A model generated the notes under the pieces. The model was given only the letters and a program-made list of their open reading frames with translations. It was not told the origin of the DNA and ran no database searches. A stretch of 20,420 bases of DNA from Moniliella sp. 'wahieum' (taxonomy: Eukaryota): assembly GCA_003971905.1 (NCBI GenBank), contig RSEE01000092.1, forward strand, positions 248,001-268,420, read 5' to 3'. Every line of letters begins with the position of its first letter. Positions within the stretch are counted from its first letter, which is position 1. The translations under genes and the position numbers were made by a program. Positions 9,873 to 20,300 of the stretch are shown here, one piece after another.

Positions 9873-12008
9873 TCCCCTCATCGACCTCGCTCATCCATTG
9901 CAACCGTCGGGATACAGTACTCTCTGTGTCGTTTTGTTTGTTCGCTTCTCTCTTTTCTTTTTTCTCGTTTCTCATTTCTGGTTTCTCTTGGCTCTTTTCC
10001 TCATCACTCTCTTTTGCCCTGAACGTTCCCTCGCCCCATTTGACACTTGTGGCAGTTCGTGCTGGCAACATACAACTTACCGTTCAATTGTACCCGCATC
10101 TCTTCGGGTACCTGCATGGAATCTCATACCATACCTGATCGTACTACATATACATATTATCTCCCATGTTTTGGTTCATTGTTGCGCCATTGAGGTTGTG
10201 TGGAGTGGGCTTTACCCTCGGGGAGACGCTGGGTCTAAGTTGTTGGGTTGTATTCTTCTATTATAGTAGGTGTCGAGTATCTAGGAGTGCAGTACTCGCC
10301 ACACATTCTTTTGAGGTGCCCATGGCAACCGACTGGGAGTGATGCAGAAGGGGGAAGACGTACTGGCATACAGCCCAGGACCCAACGAGACAACCAAGGT
10401 AAGGGATACGAGGAAAACGAGAGCACTGATCCTTTAACAAGGCTTGAAGCTTGAAGCCATCTTCCACAAAACGTCACTGTGATACTAGTATCACTTGTGG
10501 GTCGTTCGGATCCACATCTCTGAGGGTGTGTGTGTACTTATGCTCTTTTTTGCCGCCATTTGCACTCCATTGACTGGCCAATCCGGTTCACCCCACTTTG
10601 ACGGCGTCTTGCAAAGGCTTGAGTTGCTTCGAGACGGTTGACTGACCGCCGATGAGTAAATGGTCCGCGCGATGTTGGTCAGTCGTCTCTTCAGTCCATG
10701 GTGTCGACGATTGCCGGCATGAACAATGATGAAAACGTGTGCGCCGGTAGATGATGCGGACTACAGACTGCACCTCCATACTTTTTGTTCATCGTCTTCC
10801 CCTTCCCCCCACACTGTCTGGCCCACCAATGATCTGCCCCGCAGGCACCAGCGGCGATGGCGGAACAAAAAGAGACATCGAGCTTCGAGACGAGAGGGAC
10901 TGCAGAGTGCCAATGGACGTGGTGGGCTCTACCGGCAGTCCCATGACGGCGTGTGTATCCTATAAGACTACCCCTACCGCACCATCATTGCATCGTTTGA
11001 GGCGACTGACTGAGAGGATTAAAGTTCCAAAAAAAGCAAGTCCGCCCCGTCCGCAAGGGTGGACGCGGGACGGGCAAATGTGTGGCAAATGTGTCATGGA
11101 CATGACGAATGGGTCGGAGTTAGAGGCTTTTAGGCCTTGCTGGGCGCTGGTAGGCAACAGGATCGATCAGCGACCAGACAAGGGTCGTGTGACGAGGGAC
11201 GCGCCAGTTGCTATAGCGGGCTTACGCGCTTGTGAAGCTTGAAGCTTGAAGCCGGCTACGGCGCTACGGCTCCGTTGTTTGCTCCCCTCTGTATGTATGA
11301 CTCGGTGTGCTGCATGTGATCTTCGTGTGCTGTGCCGTCCCCACTGCGATTTTCTGACTGTGGGTTTTTCCTCTGCGGGGGCGCCCAGTGCGATGGTGGG
11401 GGCCTGGGTTCGATCTGAGGCTCAGATCTCCGAGCAGATTAGCCTGGTCGAGTGGGCAGGCCCTGTCGAGCGTCTCGGGCAACGCGGTGCGAACGAACAG
11501 GCCAAGCCTCGGCCGAGTATATCCGCGGATCACGTGGAGGTGAGCGTGTGACCAAGTGTGACCGGAGTTGCCGGCGGAACCACGTTGGGGCGAGTATCTT
11601 CAAGCCGCCAAGTAGAAACAAGTGGCGGGACGGGAAAAGAGTGGCACCGACAGCAGCGAGTACTGAGTGCCACTGGATGGGCACCGTGCAAGTACCACCT
11701 GGATAAACTAGACAGTGCTCAGTCTGACTAGTGACTCGAGCCAGCCACGCCGCCGTCGATACTTTGCTGACCTGTCTCTTAGGTCTTACCCCCGACAAGG
11801 CCGGCGTGGGGCAGGGCTGGTGGGACTGGCTTTGGGTAAAAACACCGACGACTGACACCCACGTCGGAAACCTACTATCTTCAGCTGCTATTACGATCCC
11901 CACCTTTCTGGTCCCTTCCCTTGTCGCTGCTGCCACCGCCATCCTCTTCTCCTGCCCTGCTCCCTCGCCCCGTGTCGACTGAGCCTCGGCCCTTCCCCCC
12001 CCCCCTGC

Positions 12009-14587
12009 ATGGCCCCGCCACTCACACCATCTGCATCCTCCCCTCCCTCCGCCCCGTCCGCAGACGCCCTCATGACGGACACCTTGCCCGCCTCGCCCAG
12101 CAGCCTGTCGGCCCGCACCGTCATTGCCCCACTCTCACCATGCTACTTCCGCCTCCGCCCCCGCCTCTCCCACCCCCGCCCGCGCTCCTCCTCCCCCCGC
12201 CCCGCCCCCGCCACCCTTCGACATTGAGCACTATCCCGTCGCTGACGATCCGCGGCTCTGGAGCAACGCACGCAAATGGGCCATTGTGGCTGTGCTCAGT
12301 TGCGGCTCTTGGATCCCCTCCACCTCGGCCAACATCCTCTTTCCTGCTCTCCCCCAGATTGAAGCCAGCTTGCACACGGTATGTTATTGTTTTCTTCTTG
12401 GGTTCTCCCCTCCCGCCTCTCCCCTCACTGCTCACTCCCATCCACCTTATGTTTGCGTTGCCGCTATTGACTCTGGCCCTGGCCGCGCGTGGGATGGGCA
12501 TGGCGCGCTCTAGACTGCCAACATCCTTGCTATGAGCGTCTCCCTCTTCATCCTCGTCCAAGGTGGCGGCAGCATCACGTTTGTTCCCATCTCGGAGCTC
12601 TATGGCCGACGGTGGATCTACCTCATTTGTCTCGTGGTATTTGCCGTGGTACAGTGGATTGCTGGGACAGCCAAGTCGATTGGACTTTTCCTGGCCATGC
12701 GCATCCTCGGCGGCTACATCTCCTCCCCGCTGCTCACCATGGCGGGGGCAACCATCGCGGACTTGTATGCGGTACGTGTGGGCTGGTCCAGACCGAGTAT
12801 AGAAACGGTGCGAAAAAAAGGCAGATGCTGACGGCTTGGCGGTACGGGGTCCGGGTTCCGGATGCGGGTGCTGGGGGTGCGCGGATCGGTACTGTATCAT
12901 TCCTCGTTTTTTGCAGGTGGAAGAACGGGCGACCAAGATATCGATCTACTACAGTGCGCCCATGTTGGGGCCTAGTGTCGGTTCGCTCTTGGGTGGCGGC
13001 TTGACCAGCGCCGGGTCGTGGCGCTACCCATTTTACTTTCTTGGTTCAGCTGGTGGGGCCATCTTTGCCACGTTTGTCATTTTTACCGCGAAACGTTTCG
13101 CAAGGAACGGTCCTTGGTCTGGCACAAGGCGCGCAAACGCTCGTTGGAACAAGCCCTGGCCCGCGCCACGCCCAGGGCAACCCAGACCAACTCTCCAACC
13201 CCACTCACCCCACCCGGTCCTGGTGGGCACGACTGTGGCTGCGGGTCAGACGCACCGCGTCTGCCACCCGCTCTTCGGCTCCGACCCCGGTCTGCTGTAG
13301 CTGCCCGTGCCAGGGGGGAGGGGAGAACGCAGCCGAGGTGGAGGCGGCGTTGCACACACTTCGCTCCCTCCCGTCACCGTCGCATCGAACGCGATCCCCA
13401 CTTCCTTCCATCCATCGCGTCTTGTCCAGCGGAGTGGAATCGGCGGTGCTCACGTCAGCCCTGGAGGAAAGCCATGAACTCGAGGAGTACGAGGCACCTT
13501 ACCTTTCTCCCCGCGCTGGACCAAGTTCTGCCCCGCGGGACGGGCGAGGCCTCGATTTGGTCCCGACGGCGAGCGAGGAGAAGGGCAAGACGGATGTGGA
13601 TGTGGATGTGGATGCGGATGCAGATGCGGATGTGGATGGCAAGGGCAAAGGAATGGGGTTGGGGGTGGGGGAGAGCGAAGAGAAGTTGGCACAGGGCAAG
13701 GCGGGGCTTCAACCGGACGTTGAGGCGTTGGCGGAAGAAGAGTTGGAGCGCACGCGGTCGGTGCAGAGTGTGCCGATTGGCTTGGGCCAGGAAATTGACC
13801 GCATCGTCACGCTCGGTGGGACAGAACAGGTGGTCAAGGTGCAAGTCCAGTTGTCCGATGTCAACCCGCTCACACCCATGATCGAAACGCTCAAGCAGCC
13901 TCACAATGTCCTCTCGGTCTTGTACTCGGGGTTTACCTTTGCGTCGCAATATTCCCTGAGCTATACGGCTACCCACTCCTTCTCCACAGCGCCTACAGCT
14001 ACAGCCCCGTTGTGGTAGGACTGATCCTTTTTGGCTTGGGCGCCGGGGGTGGTGGGGTCGTTGGTGGGTGGCAGGTTATCTGACAAGCGGCTCAAACGGT
14101 TGCGTCTCGAAGGTGAAACACGCGCCGACAAGGATGGCACGACATTTGGTGGTGTGCCGTCCGAGGAGCGGCTCAAGCCCCTGTTTTGGTATGGCCTGTT
14201 GGTCCCATTGCCCTTTTTCGGGTACGCATGGATGACCAACAAGGGCGTGCACGTAGCGGGCCCAGTGGTGATGTTGTTTTGCATTGGGTTGCTGCAATTT
14301 TCTTGCTATTCCGTCTTTCTCGCCTACTTGGTCGACTCCAACAAGGGCCGAAGCTCCGCTGCCGTCTCGGCCAACTCGTGCTTCCGTGGCGCGGTGGCCT
14401 GTGTCGGCTCGCAAATCTCCGGCCCGCTCCAACATCGTATGGGCACAGGATGGATGGTATCCGGGGGGGGTTCGTTCTCATCTTTACCCAGGGCTTGTTG
14501 ATGGTCGTCGCCTCCTACGGTACCCAATGGCGACAACAACGTCTCGATCGCCTTCGTCGTCGCGCCGAACAATCAACCGCACGGTAA
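12009..14587 (+). CDS. Major facilitator superfamily transporter, DHA1 (drug:H+ antiporter) type; two introns; frameshifted
   Basis: FDIEHYPVADDPRLWSNARKWAIVAVLS, ILFPALPQIEASL, motif A-like PISELYGRRWIY, AGATIADLY|VEERATKISIYYSAPMLGPSVGSLLGG, SWRYPF, RETFRKERS, GGRLSDKRL, PSEERLKP, LAYLVDSNKGRSSAAVSANSCFRG. Confidence 0.92.
12379..12513 (+). other. Intron 1 of the MFS gene
   Basis: GTATGT donor, CTAG acceptor. Removal joins IEASLHT to TANILAMSVSLFIL. Confidence 0.85.
12772..12916 (+). other. Intron 2 of the MFS gene
   Basis: GTACGT donor, GCTGAC branch point, TTTTTTGCAG acceptor. Removal joins IADLYA to VEERAT. Confidence 0.88.
13592..13639. repeat. Coding hexamer repeat GATGYG (DVDVDVDADADADVD) in the MFS central loop
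   Basis: Directly visible in the sequence and in ORF 13041..14018. Confidence 0.8.
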
Positions 14588-14939
14588 TAACCGGGTAACA
14601 CGCTACACCCCATCCCTCTCCTCCTTCACGAGGGGAACGTGCTTTCCCAGGTGAACGGTGAAACGAGGTGGCGCCGGTCGCGCTGGCTGTAGCTCATTTC
14701 CCCCCTCTGCTCTCTATTCCAATGTCACGCATCCTCGGCGGTTGGTCGACGCCGGCCTCCTGAGCCTGAGGCCCGAGCGGGCCCGCTTTGGAGAACGTCC
14801 CAGGTAAATATATCTACTGCATCGGTTGCTGGTCGGTCGGTTGCTCGTCGCGTGCTTGGCTGAAGTTGCAAGGCAAGCTGCTAGTGGGCCATGTAGGGGG
14901 AGGGGATCCAACCCGCCCATGATGGGCACGACCGTTCCC

Positions 14940-14984
14940 CACCATTCACCATTCACCATTCACCATTCACCATTCACATTCACC
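14940..14984. repeat. Heptamer tandem array (CACCATT)5 plus a degenerate unit at the NAR1 stop
   Basis: caccatt x5, then cacatt, cacc. Confidence 0.92.
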
Positions 14985-17022
14985 ACTGCACCGCCAGCCC
15001 GTTGGTTTCTTCCTGGGCCAGGGCATGGTAGTCGGTAGACAAGGCCAACGGTTCGTCCGTAGCCGCTAGGACCGCGTCGACCAGTGCGCCGTCCTGGGGC
15101 GCCGCTGACCTGTACACCGCCTCGGCCGCCGCCTTGGGCTGAGAAACGGGATTGGTGTCGCCGGGCAAGGTGGGGGCCCAGTACGCCCTCCACACGCAGC
15201 ACCCACTCTTTGCTCGTACCTTGCCACCCGGTTAGCATTTTGCGATCGCCCGCGTCCAAGTCCATTCCTTCGTCCGAGCAGGCAGAGCGGCCGCCGCTTC
15301 TTCGCCCCCCATCGGACGCAGTTGACCTCCCCCATTAATGCATCCGCTCGGACAGGCCATGACCTCCACATAGTCGTACTCGCTCTCGGCTGTACCGATC
15401 CTACGCGCCCGCACACCCGTGCCACGCACCCGCGTCCGCACTCCACCGCCCGCCCCCTGCGCGTGGGCGTAGGCGTGGACGTGGGCGTAGAGCTAGGCGT
15501 AGAGGCACCTGAACTGGTAGGACTGTCGAGCACCATAAGCCCGTGCACACCCTTGCTGCGCACAGCTCCCGTTTGCGCTTGCACTTTCTTCACGAGGTTG
15601 GTCAGGTTGCGGAACCCGTAGCACACAGCCGCACGGAACAGGTGTGCCTCGGTCGACCCAGGTTTGGACTGGGACTGAGACTTGGACTCGGTTTCGGGCT
15701 CGGAGTTGGGTTCGGATTCGGGAGCGGACGGAGCGCGGAGGGTGTACTCGACGTAGTCGGCGTTGCGCAACACATTGACGCTCAGTTCGGGCCGCGGGGC
15801 GGTGGGGTGTGTGCACGGCATAGTCGTGAGCGACGGCAGAGAGGAGATGGAAGAGGTACCCGCCGCTGCTGCTCCCGGGCTCGGACAGGCCCGAGGGTAA
15901 GAGCACGGGAGTCGGGGCGGGGTTTGGGTCTCGGATCTGTGCGAGGGGACGGGAGACGAGCTGGATGAAGGGACGGGCGGTCGCCACAGGGTCAAGTCCG
16001 AACGCATCGAGGCAATCAACTCTGCTTCTCCCGGTACGGGAACAGTCAAATCAAACTGTTCTTCCTTCATGAGCTTTTCCAGCTCGCCCGTCGTCAGCAC
16101 CACATCCACCTCTTCCACCCGCGCACCTCGTCCTCAAAGTCTTTCCGACTCGCCTCGAGTTCTTGTCGTAGCACGGCATGATGGTAGTATGGTACACCGT
16201 GCCAAAGGGCCGCTGCGGGCAGAAGGCGTTGGAGCGGGGCAGGAGGTAATGGCGCGCCAAGCTGCCAGCGATTTGCTGCGGCGACTTGGTACGACTGACA
16301 AATGGCAGCAGCTCGGCATGCGTCTTCTCGGCAAACAAGATCCACCCGGGACATGCGCTGGCCAACATGGCTGCGCCGCGTTGTGCGGCGGGAGCTGGCC
16401 AGGGGCGGCGTGGGGCGGGGGCGGTACTCGGCGTAGGACTGGCGCAGCGCTACGCGGCGGGCAAACGTGGTGTCGTACACGTGGTGGAAGTCGAAGGCGG
16501 TGGCAAGAAAGTAGCGCGTGCGGAGCAGCAGCAGCTGGGTCGGCGGCAGCGGGGCGCGGCGGCGGCGGCGGGGATGGTGCTGGTGCTGGTGCTGTGGTGT
16601 GGCGTAGCGCGCGGCGAGCGAGGCGAGCACCTGGGGCGCAATGCTGGCCACGCGGAGGGTGGGGGCGGCGGGGGGTGCTGCTGCTCGGCGGCGCGCTGGG
16701 CGGCGATGTGCTGGCGGAGCTGGTCGTCGGTTGCATGGCGACCAGCACGCTCTCGGCCGAGGTGACGCAGCCGCTGCAGGCGAGGCAGTCGTTGAGGCTG
16801 ATCTGGGCGGCCTCGAGCTTGGTGCGGGCGCGGGGGGCGTCGGTGGGGCGCCGCGGGGGTGCGCTCGTAGTACGCGCCGTCGGCATCGACGGCGATCTCG
16901 GTGGCGGCGGCGCGGGGGCGGCGAGCGGCTGCGGGGCGGCGTCGACGGGCTTGATGCACGCCTGGGACGGGCCGAGGTAGTCGTTGAGGTCGGTGATGGG
17001 TGAGTGCGCCGGAGAAGGCCAT
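14980..17022 (-). CDS. NAR1: Cytosolic Fe-S cluster assembly factor Nar1 (iron-only hydrogenase-like); frameshifted
   Basis: [111 protein letters not shown], and the family's terminal Trp (GLAVQW*). Confidence 0.95.
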
Positions 17023-17140
17023 GGGGGGTGGAGGGGCGGCGGAGTGGCGGCCTGAAAAAAAAGTGGTGCTTCTGGTTAATTGTCTGATTAATGGGCGGGG
17101 TTGTGCTGACCATTACCGCCGGCGATCTCCGGGCGGACCC

Positions 17141-17150
17141 GAGTCACGTG
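17141..17150. promoter_or_regulatory. Overlapping Gcn4/CpcA-like site (TGACTC, minus strand) and E-box (GTCACGTG) in the NAR1/CPA2 divergent promoter
   Basis: Sequence GAGTCACGTG. Fungal arginine-biosynthesis genes are known cross-pathway-control targets. Binding is not shown. Confidence 0.4.
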
Positions 17151-17342
17151 CGCGCGGGGGCTGGCCGCGCTCAGATCAGGCGAAGAAAAAAAGAAGAAAA
17201 GTCCGTCGGCCGAATGGGAGGACAAAGAAGTGCTCGCCATTCGCAGTGGGGAGGGAGCGACAGATAGCCCAGTCACAGCAATCGCTGTCTGTGGTCGACG
17301 CTACTCGCGTCTCTTCTCCGTGTGCTTCCCACACCCCCCCCC

Positions 17343-20300
17343 ATGCTCCGCCCCGCCGCCGCTGCCCGCCGCAGCCTGGCCGCCGCCGGCGCGCCCTCCC
17401 CGCGCCCGCACCGCCCAGCTCGCCGCCCCCCGCCTCTTCTCCGCCGCCGCCGCCGCGCCCGCGCCCGCCCCTCCCCCCCCGCAGCGCCCAGGCCGTCGAG
17501 TACGAGCCCTCGGCCGCCGGCCTCCAGCAGTGGGCCAAGTGGCTCCCCAAGGTCCAGCGCAGCGCCGTCAAGAAGGTCCTCCTCGTCGGCAGCGGCGGCC
17601 TGTCCATCGGCCAGCCGGCGAGTTTGACTACAGCGGCTCCCAGGCCATCAAGGCCCTCCGCGAGAGCGGCATCGACACCGTCCTCATCAACCCCAACATC
17701 GCCACCATCCAGACCAGCCACCACCTCGCCTCCCAGATCTACTTCCTCCCCATCAGCCCCGAGTATGTCGCCTACGTCCTCGAGAAGGAGCGCCCCGACG
17801 GCGTCCTGCTCACCTTTGGCGGCCAGAGCGCCCTCAACGTCGGCGTCAAGCTCGATGAGATGGGTGTGTTGAGCGCCTGGGCGTCGGGTGCTCGGGTCCC
17901 AGGTAGAGGTGCTCAAGATGTGCGAGGACCGCGCCTGTTCGTGCAAGCCCTTGACCGTATGTCCGCCTTCCCTCTGTTTTTGCCTCCCCTCCCCTTCCCT
18001 TCCCGGGCAGGTGCACTGACGCTCTGTTGGCTTCCTGGTAGAAATCAACATCCCCGTCGCCAAGTCAGAGGCGGTGGTGTCGTCGGTGCTGCCGCGCTCA
18101 AGGCGGCCAAGAACATTGGGTACCCGGTGATTGTGCGTGCGGCGTACGCCCTGGGCGGCCTGGGGTCTGGGTTTTGCCGAGGACGAGGACTCGCTGCGCG
18201 ACCTGAGTGCGCGTTCGCTGTCGCTGTCGCCGCAGATTTTGGTGGAAAAGTCGCTGAAAGGATGGAAGGAGTCAGAGTACGAAGTGCTGCGGGACCAAGA
18301 GGACAATGCGATCATTTGCTGCAACATGGAGAACTTTGATCCGCTTGCATTCACACTGGCGACTCGATCGTCGTTGCGCCGAGCCAAACCTTGTCGGATG
18401 ACAACTACCACATGCCGCACGGCCGCACTCAAGGTCATCCGCCACCTTGGCATTGTGGGCGAGTGCAACATCCAGTACGCGCTCAGCCCCGATGGACGTG
18501 ACTACCGCGTGATTGAGGTCAACCCGCGTCTGTCCCGCTCCAGTGCCTTGGCGAGCAAAGCGACGGGCTACCCGCTCGCCTACACTGCCGCCAAGCTCGC
18601 TCTGGGCCATACGCTCCCCGAGCTGCCCATGCGGTGACCAAGACGACCACAGCCTGCTTTGAACCAGCGCTGGATTACATTGTGACCAAGATTCCAAGTG
18701 GGATCTGTCCAAGTTCCAGTACGTGAACCGCGAGGTGGGTCGTCGATGAAGTCGGTGGGCGAGGTGATGGCGGTAGGACGGACGTTTGAAGAGTCGTTGC
18801 AAAAGGCGATTCGACAGATTGCGCCTGCGTACGAGGGTTGCCGCGTACGTGCAGCCGCCTACGGACGAGGCGTTGGACCATGCACTGAGCGTGCCCACCG
18901 ACACGCGTCTGTTTGCCATTGCGCACGCGATGCTCAACCGCGGCTACGATGTGGAGAAGCTACACTCGCTCACCAAGATTGACCGTTGGTTCCTGTACAA
19001 GTTGCAAAACATTGTCGATATCCAGCGCACGCTCCAGACCATGGCGACATTGTGCGGTGGGACGACGCGAGACCATCCTCCTGGCCAGCAGCGTGGATTT
19101 AGTGATCGCCAAATTGCCGCTGCGACCAAGTCGAGCGAAGATGCGGTGCGCAAGCACCGCAAAGCATCGGTGTCACCCCTTTGTCAAGCGCATCGACGGT
19201 CGCAGCCGAGTACCCGGCATTCACCAACTACCTCTACACCTCCTACAATGCCACCAGCCACGACGTGGAGTGACGACCAGGGACACATGGTCCTTGGCAG
19301 CGGCGTGTACCGGATCGGAAGCGTGTCGAGTTTGATGGGCGCCGTGACGTGTGCACGCAAGATCCGGAGTTGCACCACAAGACCATCATGATCAACTACA
19401 ACCCGAAACCGTCTCGACCGACTTGACGAGGCGGACCGGTGTACTTTGAGGAGCTGGGCTTTGAGCGCGTGATGGACATTACGAGTTGGAAAAGGCGTCT
19501 GGGGTGGTGGTTTCGGTCGGCGGGCAGTTACCGCAAAACATTGCGCTGCGCCTCAAGCAGAACGAGGTCATGTGCTCGGCACAGACCCCGTCATGATCGA
19601 CAGCGCTGAGGACGACACAAGTTTAGTCAGATCCTGGACCAAGTCGGTGTCGACAGCCCGAGTGGGTGGAAGTGTCGAGCGTGGGCAAGGCCAAGGAGTT
19701 TGCCGAGCGGTCGGATACCGGTCCTCGTTCGTCCTTCCTACGTCTTGTCGGGCGCAGCGATGAATGTGATTTGGGACGAGAGCACTCTGGAGCACAACCT
19801 CACCGCCGCCGCCGAGGTCAACAAGGACCACCCCGTCGTACTCACCAAGTTCTAACAATGCTCAGGAAATCGATTGTGGACGCGGTGGCGTACCAGGGCA
19901 AGGCTGGTCATGCCGTGTCGGAGCACGTGGAAGAAGCCGGGGTGCATCGGGCGATGCGACACTGGTCCTACCGCCGTTTCGTTGGAAAAGAACGATGTGC
20001 AGCGGATCAAGGTGATTGCCCAAAAGGTGGCCCAGGCCTTCAAGATCAGGGGCGTTCAACATGCAGATCATCCGCAAGCCTCCGACCGACGGCGAAGGCG
20101 AGGCGGCACTCAAGGTGATCGAGTGCAACTTGCGTGCCAGTCGCTCCTCCCTTTGTCAGCAAAGTGCTCGGCGTCAACTTTATCGACATTGCCACCGCGG
20201 CGATCGTAGGGAAGATGTGCCGGAACCGGTGGACCTGATGGAGCAGCAGCGCGACTACGTTGCGATCAAGGTGCCTCAATTCAGCTGGACCGTCTCGCCG

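Noticed and set aside
10726..10965. 79-aa ORF ending GVCIL* as a possible lipopeptide pheromone precursor near the HMG gene
   Set aside because: The Cys is followed by only two residues, so it is not CAAX, and the composition is unlike a pheromone precursor.
11731..11982. 83-aa ORF with a hydrophobic C-terminus upstream of the MFS gene
   Set aside because: It starts with GTG, has no recognisable motif, and overlaps the pyrimidine-rich leader of the MFS gene.
17085..17270. Possible arginine attenuator peptide uORF upstream of CPA2 (frame reads NGRGCADHYRR)
   Set aside because: The attenuator peptide is known from the small-subunit gene (CPA1/arg-2). This frame has no suitably placed ATG and lacks the D-Y-x-x-D-H-x-W core.
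16069..18471. Long antisense or alternative-frame ORFs (e.g. 16069..16980 +, 17176..18471 -)
   Set aside because: These are shadow ORFs caused by high GC and codon bias, overlapping well-supported NAR1 and CPA2.
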